Shown piece after piece: positions 15,801 to 30,800 of a stretch of DNA of 64,000 bases. Location of the stretch: positions 434,001-498,000 of the forward strand of contig JAQGDQ010000027.1 of the NCBI GenBank assembly GCA_030141605.1, given 5' to 3'. This DNA comes from Tubiluchus corallicola (taxonomy: Eukaryota; Animalia; Priapulida). The translations under genes were made by a program, and so were the position numbers. Every line of letters starts with the position of its first letter. Position 1 is the stretch's first letter. The notes under the pieces were generated by a model that was not told where the DNA came from, searched no databases, and was given only the letters and a program-made list of their open reading frames with translations.

Positions 15801-18800
15801 GCTGTGTAAAACGCGTCAATTTAAACTCCTATGATGACTATTAGGAGCAGCCATTCAATGGTAGGTCATTTGAAACCAGTTTAGATAACACTAAGCAAAG
15901 TTTGAAAAAATAATCAGAGCATTCGTAGCTTACATGTTGCTAACTAAATAAAATTTTAAATTACTGTAGCTTATCAACAACATTAAAAATACGTTTTTGG
16001 CTAATGAGTGGCGCACCTTGGAGGGTGAGTCAGTGACATTTTGCCAATTGGCACAAACATTTTAAATTATCATTTCTAGTTACATAAGTCTTTTCAGCAG
16101 GTAAGCGAAATGCTAAGTAATATTGATTTACATCAGAAGTTTTTTGGGAAGTAATTCCGTTTCTTCCCCTGATTTACATTTGCGTAAGTGACGTCATGTA
16201 ATGGCGCCCTTGGAACAGTATTGTGGGAGATAGAAAATGAAAACAAACAAAAATTCCTTTCAACACAAGTACGATATACTCACAAAATTGCTGTAAAGTA
16301 GTATAAATTTTTAAGGCGATTTTTCTGAAACCTACTTCAGATACCCCTTTTCTTGTCCTTTAACAACAAAACAGCAAAAACTAGGAAAATAACATCACTT
16401 AAAATAAGAACGTATTCTAAATTGCTAATCTATTTGACTGAAAACAGTACAGAAAAATTTGCCAATACAGATAGTCGACGACTTACAATCAGAATATGTT
16501 CTAGCAAATTGGTTGCAAAACAAACTTGATGCAAGTCGGACAGGGGTATTAAAGCGGTGCACCCCTACATGCAAGGTGTTGCACTAAGTGTCGTGGCAGC
16601 TATGATGAATTTGTCGAAATAGCTATTTAAAGTTAATTTGTTTAAAAAAGTAGAAGGAAATACGAGTTATAATTGGTTTTGTAATATAATTAATTAAATT
16701 GCAGCCGGTTGGCTTATAATGTTGAATTTTTATAAGTCGCATAGCTCGTAAATGGAGACTACCAGCACGAATATCAATGGTTTCAAAATGCATTTGAATT
16801 AGTAAATTTACTGTTAAATTAATTTGATGAAATTAGCAATAATACCTGGCTCTCTCCACATGACCAGATACTCCAGAGCCCATTTGTTTGGTTTGCTGTG
16901 CAAACTGAAACCAAAATATGCCATTTTCAAAAAAAGCACACATAATACATGACTATAGCAAGCTTCTTGTATCTCTGCTTTATGAATGAACAAAACACAA
17001 TCATTACCTCTTGATGTGACAAAATCATTACCTCTCAATTCTGAAAAATGCATTCTACTAACCTAAGCCAGAAATAACCAATGGAGTCCAAGGTGGGGTT
17101 TAATTGACTTTTCAACAAACTAGCAGATAAAATTTAAATGTTGCTTCACAATGGCATTAATTGCCAAACCCACTAGATGCATCAAAACAGACCAAATCAC
17201 AGACACAACTACCAGCACATTTTCTGTCATTACAGTTTATTTTCTACAGAAAACGATTTGATAATTAGGAAAATCAAGTAAAAAATGCTCAGCTTTGCTA
17301 GCAACTAGCATATCTGCAGTAGAGAAGTTCATTTATCACATTTTCTAAATTCAAGTCACAAGTCAGTATACTTCAAACAAACTTTGTATAATCTCATGCT
17401 TTACATTCTAAAGAAGTTTGTCAAAATGTTCGTTTCTTGTTTCACGACACAACACTATTCTCTAACAGTGAGTTCAATCTAGTAACTTTTCTTGCCAAGT
17501 AACTTGCAAGCGTGTTCACACTAGACAGCAAAACTTGCTCCGAGTTATATTCTGACAGTAAGCATTGAGCTGAACCCGATTTCTCTATTTACTGCAAGAA
17601 GTGTTGAAAGGCAATTCACACTAGACAGTAACTCACATCAACTGTACAGCAGTAAGTTGCCGACAGTAACTCGCAAAGCAGTTCACACTTGTGAGTTTGC
17701 TGTCAGGGAGAAAACTTGCATACTCCTACAAAGAGGTCAACTAAAAATTACCAATGAGTGTTGCTGATGGTATTCTCGTGTTAACCTCTCCACGAGAGAC
17801 TCTAGACCTTGCTTCGTGTCTTTACTTTCCTTTAACTCATTATCAAGTTTTGTGATCTTCGCATCCATTTGGCTTTTCAATGATGCAAACCTCAGCTTCT
17901 GTTCCTCTGCATGAATAAAATAACATTCTATAATATTCTATAATATACAGTCACTGAAGCACAATAGATTTTCCTTCATCGAAACAAAGTAGCAATTTTA
18001 TATTTCTATAATTATACTGAACATAATTTTAAATTACCTAACGTTGATTGCAAACTAGTACATTGCTTTTTGGATTCTTCTAGTTCACCAATTGTCACAT
18101 CCCTCTGGCCTGGAAAAAACAGCTTAACGTCAGTGTAAAATAAAGACTCTAGTTAAAAAACAGGTAGATTATTGAAAGGTTTTATTACAGATGACATTAC
18201 TTCTTAAAACTGTTGGTGATTATCATTGAAAATATTAAAATAAAAACAAATTATTTATAACTACTCTGTTTCACACTTTTTATGAAGTTTGTATTATTAG
18301 TTTATCACACACATATAGTAAGTTTCACAGGCATATCCTCAACAAATTTAGAAATATGTATGCAGTCAAAATTTAAATGCATCTGGTAGTACATATTCCT
18401 CGCTAATAAACATGAAATATTAAGCTCAGATAGTCTCCTACTCAAATGTGCATAATCGCATAATTATATTTCACCTAACTCTAGATGCTCATGCAATTAA
18501 AAGCCTCTCATTGTAAGACCATCAAAAGGAGAGAACAGTAACACAGGTAAGTAAAAGCAGAAGCAAACCTATAAGCTGATTAATTTTCAGTCGAGCTTGA
18601 GCCAACATCTTCTTCATTCTTTCTTTCTCGTTCTCCTTCTCCGTAATAATGGAATTCTGCCATTCTTCAGCCTTTTTCATAGATGCAATTTCCTGTTTAA
18701 CAGATGTAGTTGATGTTACTTTGATTTTGTACCAATGAGAATAATGCATATGATCAATTTTTACTTTTAATGTTACTACTATGATTTATCTAAGCATTGT

Positions 18801-21800
18801 TACCTTTTTCATCTTTTCTTTCTCATTCTCTTTCTCTGTTATTGATACATTCTGCTGCTCTTCAGTTTTCTTCAGATTTTCTATCTCCTGTTTGACAAAT
18901 GCAGCTGTTATCAAGATCTTAATTCAAGATAGCAAATAAAAGTAATTCGAGTTTGCTACTTTTCATTTTTCCTTTAATAATAACTACAGCCAGGACCGGA
19001 TTATCCTATAAGCTAGTATAAGCTGCAGCCTAGAGCCCATCAAAATTTAGGGCACTCAAGCTTTGATAATATTTGGTAAAAAATCTGTTTTTTTCACTAT
19101 GGTTGTGTTGAAATATGTGCTATTTTGGTTTGCAATAAATAGTAAAATGGTGGTATTTCTTACAGAATGTTTTTATTGACAATCAAAAGATAGCTATTCT
19201 AGTTTATTTAAAGAATTTGCAATACGTTTACTATATAAATGTTGCAAAAATATATCACGAGTAAAAGATATTCAAGACGGGTGTGGATGATTTGGAGGGT
19301 GGCTCCATTTAAGGGCAGCACCATAATTTCACTAGCCCAGAAGCTTCAAAAGTCACGATTCGGCCCTGACTACAGCAACAATGATTGAAACTGCCACTAC
19401 TGTCACAAACAAGCTAATATTACATCGGATGATGTAAGGATAATGTGGACATTTGAAGTATCAGCGGTTACAGTGCATCCAAACATCTAGTAAAAAACAT
19501 TCCACGATACAAATAACATATCTGTGTAGATTACTAACGGTAGATAAAGCCTCTTTTTCCTCTACGACAGCTTTGTTTTTCTCTTCAAGTTGTGCAATCT
19601 GTTGTTGTAGATCAGCAACTTTAGTTTCTGATAGATTATCTATACTTCCTGCAGGTTGAGCAACTGTGCTATAAAAATCAATAATCAATAAATCAATGCC
19701 AAAGTAATAAATTAAAAATCAAAAATAAGGTTAAAGTCAAATACAAAAGTTTATTCATAATTTATTTCCAGTATGAGCATGAATAAGTACAAGGGGCAGC
19801 AAATTCGGAACATCAACAAAAGCAAATTTTAATTTGTAAAAAATGTTCTCTTTCTAATTGATTTTTTATCATTGTTGCAATAAATATAGATAATATATAA
19901 ATAAAGATCAGGATAATATGGAAACCTGTTAGAAAGAAAATTTTAATCTTATTTAGAGTTATCATTCTAATAATGCAACTGAAGAGGATCCCTAATGAAA
20001 CATTCTTTACTAAATTTGTTTTGATAAATACAGAATAACTTAAAAATGAAAAATTTTTGTCAGAGTCTTATGAGTGAAAAGAAATTGTCAAATGAGTAAA
20101 ACATACAGTTTTTCAAGTTCTTCCTTTAGTTTGCTATGCTCTGTGGTCAGCTCATCAAACTGAACTTTATACTTGCGTCCGATGCGTTTCAACTGATTGT
20201 TTGCTTTTGTTTTTTCTACGATTTCTTCCTCCTTCTTGTTTGCTTCAGCTTTCAGCTGATCAACTACAGCACTAAAATATTTCAAAACTTGAAATAACAT
20301 CCAACCATAGATCAACAACTGCAGGAGTAACCAAATAATGAAAAACTTCAAACATTTGTAACAAGTTGCCATGATCAGGAGCAGTTCAAAGATTAAACCA
20401 TTTTATCAGTGGTGTAGTTAATAGGGTAACAAGGGCAGCAACTGCTCACTCACAACACATTTTCAAAGTTGGCACCTTTTCAACAATATTTTTAAGTTTT
20501 TAGTTAACTTGTGCAAAAAGGGTGGATCTTTATTTATTTTTTAAATGTATGGTCTTGAAAGAATTTTCTGGAGTCATTACTTTATTTGACCACACCTGTC
20601 TCCTGTGTTTTTGAAAGAGCGTGCATTTATGCAACTCGTTAGTCAGGTTGACTGATTGAACCAAGAATCAAATTGTCCCAAATTTAATTCTCGTTACATG
20701 TGATGTATAAACATACACTGACTGAACTGATTCCTCTCGATACTTCTCCAGTTCAGTTTTTGTTGAATTCAGCGATGTGGAAAGGCTTGCAATTTCTTCC
20801 CTGTAATGTTAAAATACATATACAAATAAATCATTAAAAATAATTCTATGGAAATTCAAAAAATGAGATTCAATCTAGGCAAAACCGAGGACTTCTTTTT
20901 TGTGCAAACATTGTGTTGAGCATTACACAGACATAACATAAATACCAATCAGTACTCGGGAACAGTGCAGGAAACAGTTAAAGGACAAAGCCTTAATCTA
21001 CCAATATTGAAAAACTAAAGAACTTGTGATATAAATTTTGTTCCAGTTGTTTTAACATGAAGAGTTTGATAAAGTTCCCATTTATAAATATAATTTTCTC
21101 ATACAGTTAAATATCCAACACTCAATAGAAAAGGCATATTCATTATGTTGATAGTTGCAGAATTGCTGGAGCCTAGTTCATTATCAAGGATAAACCTCAA
21201 AAATGAGATGGTAAACATACATGTGTCAAGCGACATTCGGAAACGTAATAGACATCTTGACGAAAGAAATAGCTAAAGGCAATAGGACAGATAGAATCAC
21301 TTAAACGCAATTTTTCAACTTAAGTTGTTAAGTACACACCTAGACCACTCAGCTATTCCACTCGTTGGCAGTATAAAACATGGTGAAAATGGTCTATACC
21401 ACAGAATGCCGAGCATGAGCAAGAAAGAGATTGCTAGCTTGCTTATAGATCAATACTTCAAAATCATGTGGTGCAAGGAATGTTTTTTGCCTAACAGTTG
21501 AAAGCACTTTTGCATTAGAACAATATGGCGCTCATTGTTTGCCTAACTGCAGGTCATAGATTTGTATTACAACATGGCACTCATTGTTTGCCTAACAGCA
21601 GGTCATAGATTTGTATTACAACATGGCACTCATTGTTTGCCTAACAGCAGGTCATAGATTTGTATTACAACATGGCACTCATTGTTTGCCTAACAGCAGG
21701 TCATAGACTTGTATTACAACATGGCACTCATTGTTTGCTTAACAGCAGGTCATACATTTGTATTACAACATGGCACTCATTGCATGAGGTTAGCAATCTC

Positions 21801-24800
21801 TCTCTTGAGCACCTAAGGCATTTAATCCTATAGTCTAAATGCAAAAAACTATGACAAGCTACGATAAATAATCTCATATTAAGAATTATTTCAAACAAAA
21901 ACATCAAGAAGCAACATTAAAAGGTATTAAAGTCACATGTTCCATGGAAAAAATCAAAGCTAACCAGCAAAAATTTACTATAGTCAGGTTATAAAACTTT
22001 TCAAGTGCAGACGACATGCAACTATCTAATTACCTGAGTTTTCGAGCAGTTTCGTTGTGAACACTAGCCTGCTGCTGTAGGGATTTTTCCTTGTCTTCTT
22101 TGGCTTTGCTATTTTGTTCTTGAATTAAATTCATAAATTGTTTACGCTGTTTCTCCTTGTCTTCTCTGCAACACATGTGAAATAACATACAATTAAAAAT
22201 CATGTAAGTATAAAGTTACAAAACTTTGATAGTAACATAAAAAAGGGCTAGAATTTTGTTAGTTTCCTCAGTAGTTTTCCAAGTAGTTCCATAACCAGTC
22301 TGTTATAGTACTTAGCTACAAGCTTTATAAAATCACAAAATACAATCACTGTAAAGCTAAATGGCACAGTAGCCCGGAAAGTAAAAGTTCTTGGGTTCAA
22401 CTCGCAATAGATTATCTGATTTAGTATTGCTTTAGAATATTTATATGAATAGCAAAAATAAAATCTAAAATTAAAAATAGTCACAGCAACAAAAATCCCG
22501 GACAAGTGAAAGAACAACTGAAAGCAAAATCACACCGACGCTGATTTAATATGCATCTGATTCACTTGCTATCTAAACAGTAATAAATTGTGTTCAAATA
22601 GCTTCACAAAAAGACACAGCGGGTTTTCCTGATTTTAATTGTTCTTAGCAACAAAACAGAACATGAACAGTTCAAATAGGTAAACAGAACACGAGAAATT
22701 AAAATAAGTAAACAACAATTAACATATTAAAATTGCACACTTAATACTTTATGTGAATAATATTAGGCCAACACGTATGCCAATTTTCAAATAAACATGT
22801 ACATTTTCCTTGGAACATCTAAAATATTTATTAATTACGTTGTGCCCTACGTATGCACGAAACATGTGATTTGCATTAGAAAAAATCCAAATTACTTTTA
22901 ACTATTTAAAATTCTTTAATATTACAATTTCTTAAAGAACTGAAATCTTCATGCTGTACAATAAGCTTTCAAATACAGAGAAAAGTTGAAGGCCAATAAA
23001 AGGTCTGACAATGTGAAGTGACTCAGGTCTCACAAGTGAAACGATTCTGGCCTCACAAAGTGAAGTGATCCAGGCCTCACAAGTGAAACGATTCAGGCCT
23101 CACAATGCGAAGTGATTCAGGCCTCACAAGTGAAACGATTCAGGCCTCACAATGTGAAGTGATTCAGGCCTCACAAGTGAAACAATTCAGGCCTCACAAT
23201 GTGAAGTGATTCAGGTCTCACAAGTGAAACGATTCTGGCCTCACAATGTGAAGCGATTCAGGCCTCACAAGTGAAAGGATTCAGGCCTCACAATGTGAAG
23301 TGATTCAGGCCTCACAAGTGAAATGATTCAGGCCTCACAATATGAAGTGATTCAGACCTCACAAGTGAAACAATCCGGGCCTCACAATGTTAAGTGATTC
23401 AGGTCTCACAAGTGAAAGAATTCAGGCCTTACCTGAGTTTCGGAGGGCCTACTAATCTGTGTTTATTTCTGCAACCCATTGCAAAAGCTTACACAATCAA
23501 GCAGGATACCAGAGAACACATAAAGGTCATATTATATAAATTACATACACAAGTTTTTTATATTCGTCCGTGTCTGATTTGCTAACAGGCTTATTTAGCA
23601 CTTCGCTGACTCTTGCTTGCCATCTCTGAACTTCCGATTTCAAAACCACATTTTCAGCAACAACTGTATCCTTCTCAGCAGTTAGTTCTCTGATGTTCTG
23701 CTGTAATGGAAGTATATCACCTTCCAATTGGATTACCTAAAGAAACAGTTAACAAATTTAAATATAACCAGACACGTACCAAAATGTAGCTTTAGTCCAA
23801 AAATTAAGAGTTAGTTAAACCACTAAGTTATGTGAAAATATACAACTTAGATATTGGTTTGTTAAATGAAAGAGATGTTGAAAATTTTAAACCAGCAAAG
23901 CTTAGAACTCGAGCGCTGTGCCACAAAACTAGAGCTATATGAATAAGCAGGTTTAAAATGTCATATTTATACAACACATTCACAGTGAGGTGGTAGAGGC
24001 AGACTATGTACAATTAGGTGCTATTCACAGAAGATCATCCTTCTATATGGCTATTGCTAATTCTATATGTTATTTGTAATTGCAAAATCTATTTTTGAGA
24101 ATTTAGCATCTTTTCAAGAAGGTATTCGCTAATTTAACTGCTGTTTCACACTAACTATTGAGTTTAATAATACTGCTTTGTCGGAGTTAACAAACCTTTT
24201 GTCAAAGCAAGGTAGCAGTTTCTATAGTAAAAGTAAAATAAATTAACATTTTGCAGTGAAAGCATCTTAACGTGTGCAGCAGAATTTGAAATGTAGTGAA
24301 GCTTATATGCCAAGCTGAATTATTTTACTTTAGATTTTATCTGCTGTAACTCTTGGTCTATCTTTTCCTTCTCTTCTCGTAGCAACCTGTTGCTCTCAGT
24401 CAAAACGTCCAGGTTTTCTACTTTTTTCATCATCTCAGCATGTTCAGCTGCAGTTTTTAATGTCGCCTGAAAAAGATGCTACCTGTAAGCTACAAATGCC
24501 ATATGGTTTTAAATCATTGTAAATTGTGAGAAATTGAAACAGAGCACATTTAGCTAAAAAAATTCTACTAGCATAAAAGCAAGTCTCTTGTATCAGGAAC
24601 CCAAAGTCTATATTCATTAAAATACTAAGTTACTACAGCAAGAATGCTCCTCAACTTTTTCAAACAAATTGCCCCAAGCAAGGCCAAAGGTCACAGAGGA
24701 AGGGACTACGATAAGAAAATGAACACACTGATACAAATCTAGAAAAGCCGAATCTGTCGATATCCTTCTTGTGTCGAGTGAGGTTGCAGTTTTCAGGGAA

Positions 24801-27800
24801 ATGGATATCTACTAGGGAATTCGACAGATACAAAGCCTGAGGGAAAACTGGATTTATAAGCATTTATTTTACATGGGCTTTCATAAGGTAATCCTATGAA
24901 AAAGCAGCAAAAAAGCGAGTATCACAAAAATAACAACTACAACTGCAAAAATAAAGCATAGCATCAAAGAAGTAAATAAGCATTTGATTAATAACATATT
25001 AAACACCTGTCTTACCTGTGTTTTCTTTCGTTCCTCGCTCAGTGATGCCTGAGTTTCTGACAGTTGTTTCTCTAAGTACTCTACTCTTAATTTCTGTCGT
25101 AAGCAGTCAGCAGTGGCAACTTCACATTTGGTTACAGAAATTTCCTTTTCTCTCCGTAAGTACCTAAAACATAAACATAAGACAAACAATATAGTAAACT
25201 ATATATGTATAGACAAAGTTTTGGATGCTAGAGCCGCAGGGTTGTCCAGAAAAAATCATTTGAAAATAATGCCCCGTTACCATCTAGCCAACTTTTTTCC
25301 TACAGAGCTTGGAAAAACATTCATAGCTGTTTGGAAAGAGGGAAAACTGTGATGTAGGTGTCCCTTACAAAAGCCCTTGCTAAGATGAATACATACGACT
25401 TAATTTGGGGAAACGTTTTTTGGACAACCCTGTACCTCCAGAAACCAAAACTTTGTCGCTATTTATCACTGAAATATACAGTGATAAACAGATTACAGCC
25501 CGTTTTTGTTGCACATTAGGAAATAATGAGTAAATTAGACCATTTAAAACCGTTAAAAGTCTCAAGCAATTTGAACAATAGCTCTATATCGTTAATATTT
25601 ACTAAAATTATAAACTTTCTCAATTATCCCTCAAAGCACCTAGACAGCTTACAATAAAAAGTGAAAAAAAGGTAGAAAAAATGACTCTTTCTCTGCTGTT
25701 CTAACAAACACAATCAGATTTTCTTCATCTGATTAGTTTTGCAGCTGTGCATTACAAAACTTGATACTGTTAGGCAGTAAATAATAAAAAAACAAGTATA
25801 TGTTACTTTATTATTTGCAACAGCTGCTCCGATGATTTTTCTGCATCTTCTCTCGACACATTCATCGACTCATCAAGTGATGTATTGAGTGAGCGAGACT
25901 GAAGGGCAATTAACTGTTCTGACATCTGGAATGACAAAACTGACTGAGGAAATTCAAATCAGCCTATAAATTATGTCTGTTATCTAATTCTATAATTCAA
26001 TAAAAAACCCAGACAGACAGACAGACAGAGGGTATATATACTGACTTAAGTGATGAACAATTTAATTCACATTCCAAAAACATTAAAGTTAACATGTTAA
26101 CAGAAATGTAATTAAATCACGTCTTTAATTGCATTTTACAGCAATTCATTTTTTAGCAATAACAAATGTTTTCATTAATTAGATGCCAATGAAAGGGAAT
26201 TTTTGGATAGCCATGTGTCAGTTAGCAGAGAAAATTCATTATAATTTCAAATGAAAAATTCACATATAAATATAAACAAGTTAAAATGCAACAAAAATAA
26301 GTAATATTAAGGACATGTTATGTTAGACTGTAAAATATCTTTTGAAATAACATTTTATAGTTTACTTCACCTATTGAGTTGTCTATCTTTATTGCTGCTA
26401 AAAATTAGTACATCATAATGTAAATGTAATAATCTAATAAATAAGAGCATAAATGGAATAAAGACACAAACCGTTTGCATCTGAGAATGTAGTACAGAAT
26501 TCTGCTCTTCTAATTCTGTTAAGCGATTGAAATATTCAAGAGATTCTTCCTTCAGCCCATGTTCTTGACTTGACCACAAACCCTGGTTCGAAAAAACAAG
26601 ATTAATCAAAATATAATGATCTGATACTGTCATATTTAATAGAAGAAGCTATGCAATAATCAGTACTGTAGGTTACGGTTACTAATTTCCCACATCACTT
26701 TTCTAAAAACAACTGCAAATCAGCTTTTGATATAAAAGACCCATGTGAGTAAACAGCATATCGTAACAGATTGTCTACTGTAGTCATGTTCACCTACGTA
26801 TCACATTCTTTTCCATATAACTTTCTATATAATCTTTTCCATATATGTTTTGAAGTAATCACAAATAGTTTTAGTTTTAAAATTTAACATTACAGAAAAA
26901 GCAAAAGACCTGGCGATTTCTTTGCTTCCAAAGAGCAGCTGTGCTCAATTCTGATTGGCTGACCTATTAAATTTATAAAACGAAGCCAAGTTTTACAGGG
27001 AAATCTAAATAAGTATAACTTCAGATTACAGGGCAAGTAGAGAAAAATTTTCCCAACATAACAATTTAAAACATTTTGCTGTTTTAGAGTCAACATAGTA
27101 GCAGAACAAAACTACCAAAACTTCAGATCCTCAAAAAAAGCAAAGAAAAAAAACAAAAAATAAACAAAGAAAATTCTCAGCTACTGAGCAGGAGTTCATT
27201 ATAAGGTGGACTTCGCTGCTCAATTTGTTGCAGCGAAAACTGAAAATCAAATTAGTGAGGAACTTATGCAACACCCTGTACATTGGACAAAATCACACTG
27301 TAGTGAACAAATACTGCTGAACACATAGTGACAGTAGTAAAAATCTTGCGTATACACCAAAAGCACCACTTGTTAAATACCTCATTTTACCTAAAATAAG
27401 TTTCAACATGTGCCAGATTACTGTTTTCAACACATAAAATATCCTGTTTGCATATCAGTTTACCTGCTTGGTTGACAATGTCTCTTCAGCTTGCTTTGCT
27501 CTCTCTTCAGCCTCGTTTACTTTGCCCGTGAAGTTTTCTAACTGCACTTTTAAGGTTGATAAAGCCTCGACGTCAGCAGCATGGAGTAGCAACTCTCGCT
27601 CATACTTGTCTTGCGCCTATAAGTAGACATACTGAAACCTGAGCAGCAAAAATGACAATACTTTTGGTATTGGTATTGGCATTTGGTAAAATTTAAATGG
27701 TACTAATTGACTGAATTTATAAATAAATAGTATATATTTTCAAATTGTCTTTTTACAGTAAATACATATCGAAATTTTAATTAACCTTCTGCAAAAGAAG

Positions 27801-30800
27801 AGCAACTTGAATAACTGATTGATACTGTCACTATTAACAATGAAAAGATTTGCAAGGTGTGTCAACTACTATTTCATTTGTACTACCAAGCACCATTAAT
27901 TGTAACCAATCTGAGGCAAAGTGCTAAAATTAATGTATGTTTAGTAGTGCCTACTCAATATCTCTTAGAACACTGGTGAGTACGAATTTGACAGACTTGA
28001 CAACCGTAAGCATACATGTCTCGTGCTTATAACTATCAGTGTTTACTGTATACCTTTTTGATACAATTTGGTAAAGTTCAAATGGAATACAATACCAAAA
28101 CAAATCAAAATAACAAATGCTGATCTAGCAAAGTGATTAAGGTGTTTACATCTTTGCATTTCAAAATACACATTCTCATGTTTCTATTTATCACACAAGG
28201 AATGACTCAAATACCTAAAAATATTTCTTTGGACTAAAAATTCCAGTTATTTTTCAGCCTTTTTTACACATAAGATCTAAACGAATAATAAGAAAAATAA
28301 TTTATTTCAGTAGCTAGCAGAATTCAGGTTATCAGTATATTTTAAGACTTAAAGATCAAATTTAATGTAACAACAAGTTTCTTTAATACAAGTGCAAACC
28401 GTAACTCAAGTTTATGGCTTCCTGCCTACTGAAATATGACCTCGAAGTCGGATTTTTTCCTGAAACATTTTATTCAGCTTTACTCATGAAACTTCAGAAA
28501 ACTGCAGCCTAAACAAATATACCAGCAACAGCTTCTTTGGATACTGCATTTTATCTGTGACACTTAATTTGTAAACAATGCTACACAGCGAAACCAAATG
28601 TAATAATCAAAAGCAAACGCTGCCATAACTAAGGCGTGTATTTGACATTTAAACATAAATTAGACTAGCAGTTTATTTTTGCTGCTACATCAAGTGTTCT
28701 CACCTCAGCTGCTACTTTAGCCTGTTCCTTCAAGTCTTTCACTGCAGTGGCCTCGTTTGCAACAGCATTCTTAACTTTTACCTGCACTTCTTGTAATTCG
28801 TTCTGCACTGCGAAAAGCTGTTTTCGTAAATCACTGCCCTAAAACAAAATCAAAACAATCCAGAAATTAAACTACATTCAGATGCTCCATTTTGAAGTAC
28901 TGTTGTGAATTCTGAAAGACAAAGACAAATGTCAAGACAAACATTATGCAACAGCTGAGAAAATAGTTTCTTTCTCATGTACAATACCTGAGTGTTACAC
29001 AGATTGTTCAAGCGTATATTCTCTTCAATGGTTTCCTGTCGTTCTTGTTCCAAGGTCACATTCTTCTTTTCCAAACTCTCAACAGCTGAAAAAAGTAAAT
29101 TGAAATAAAGACAAATGAAAAAAATGGTAGCATTATTTTTTCCAGACCGCCTTCAGGTAATTAATCTTTTTTTCTTGGTTTGCTCACTTTGGATTGCAGA
29201 GTAGCAATTCAATCTCGGCCCATATTACATAGTTTTATTTGAGCAAAAGATGAATCATAGGCTAAAAAATACACAAATACAGCCATATTTTACATTAAGA
29301 CAAAAGACACTCAAGAGTTATTTCAAGATGCAGAACAAAACTCAAACTGCACTTTTCCAATAGAACTGTTTCCAAACCACGCGTCCAATTTTATAAATTT
29401 GCATAAAGACACACTCTCATAATGAAGTACAGACATAATAAAATCAACTGAGAAACACTTTTGGTATAAATGCACGACATGAAGAATTGTGCAATAAAAA
29501 CTGAGCCATTAGCGAGTTGTTTTCAACACTGAAAATAAAAACATGGGCTGCTGTTCTTCGTCTTTAGAAAATTCAAATTTTGATTTGGTTCTCACACTTT
29601 GTCTTGATGTAAATTAATTTGTAACTACGTATTCCAAGAAATGTTTGGATTCTTTATTATTTAATGTGATTAAAATGCAGTTTTCAGGAAGCAAACAATG
29701 TTAACCATTAGTTCATTAACAAAAATAGAAGAAATTTATTCCATCGTTAACCACTCGCAGTTGGTTATATTTCCCTACAGAACTTCTAAAAGCAGTCACC
29801 CCCTTTTATCGTAACTGTTTCTAAAAAGACCGGACGTACCATATCGCGCTTCTTCAAGTCTTGCTTCTAGATTTTCCTGAAGAGTTTTGCTAGCAGCATT
29901 CTGTTCACGTAAACTCTTCTCTATTTCTTCAGCCATTACTCGATGTTGCTGTGCGTGTTGTCTAGCTTGCTCTAGTTGACTATGGAGAGCTGAAACAACC
30001 AATGCAAAACAATGGACAATAGCAAAATATATAGTGAAAGCAAAGAAAGGAAGAGTCTTAACTGTTGCAGTTATTTCACTACCAAGATCTACTATGACCA
30101 AGAGTTTGAATTTGAGGTGATCTCATTTTATCTGTTACTTACGTTTATAATGACGTTTATTATGTGATGTTTATTTGTTATCATGAAACGAGATAATTAT
30201 ATGTATAACAGAAAATGATATAATATACTACAGTGTAAAAGACTGAAAAACATACTACAGTGGCCGCCGCTTATTATGGACACGGTTATTGTGGACAGCC
30301 GGTTATTGTGGACAACTCGCGAGGGACGGAATTTTCCCCTAATAAAATCCGCCGGTTAATATGGACAACCGCCGCTTAATATGGACAGCGAACATTCTTG
30401 GCACGTGAACCAGCCGTGCCAACCACGGCCTGCGCGCGTAATTGAAAAGAGCTTCCCGCTCTGCTGCCTGTGTGAGTCATTGCATCAGTCAGTTCGCCGT
30501 TTGCCGTGGCCTTGAGAGCTTCGAAACTGTGATAACTTCCTTCCGTTCAAGGTTGAGAGAAAAGTTTCCTGCCAAACAAACTCGTCTGACTTCTTTTTTT
30601 CAATAAAACAGGAGACGAGTTGATACAGACACTTTTTTGCCTTTTTTAATGAAGGGGAAGGGTCTTCATGGGTCACTTCGCTTAATATGGACAGCCGCTT
30701 AATATGGACATACACTGCTGGCCCGAGGTGTCCACAAAAAGCGGCGGCCACTGTACTTAGAAATATGTTAATTGTCAAAGCAAGCTAAACAATTTCATTA

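Noticed and set aside
23002-23430. CRISPR-like array
   Set aside because: The units abut with no unique spacers, there are no cas genes, and the context is a eukaryotic intron. It is a minisatellite, as is 21522-21782.
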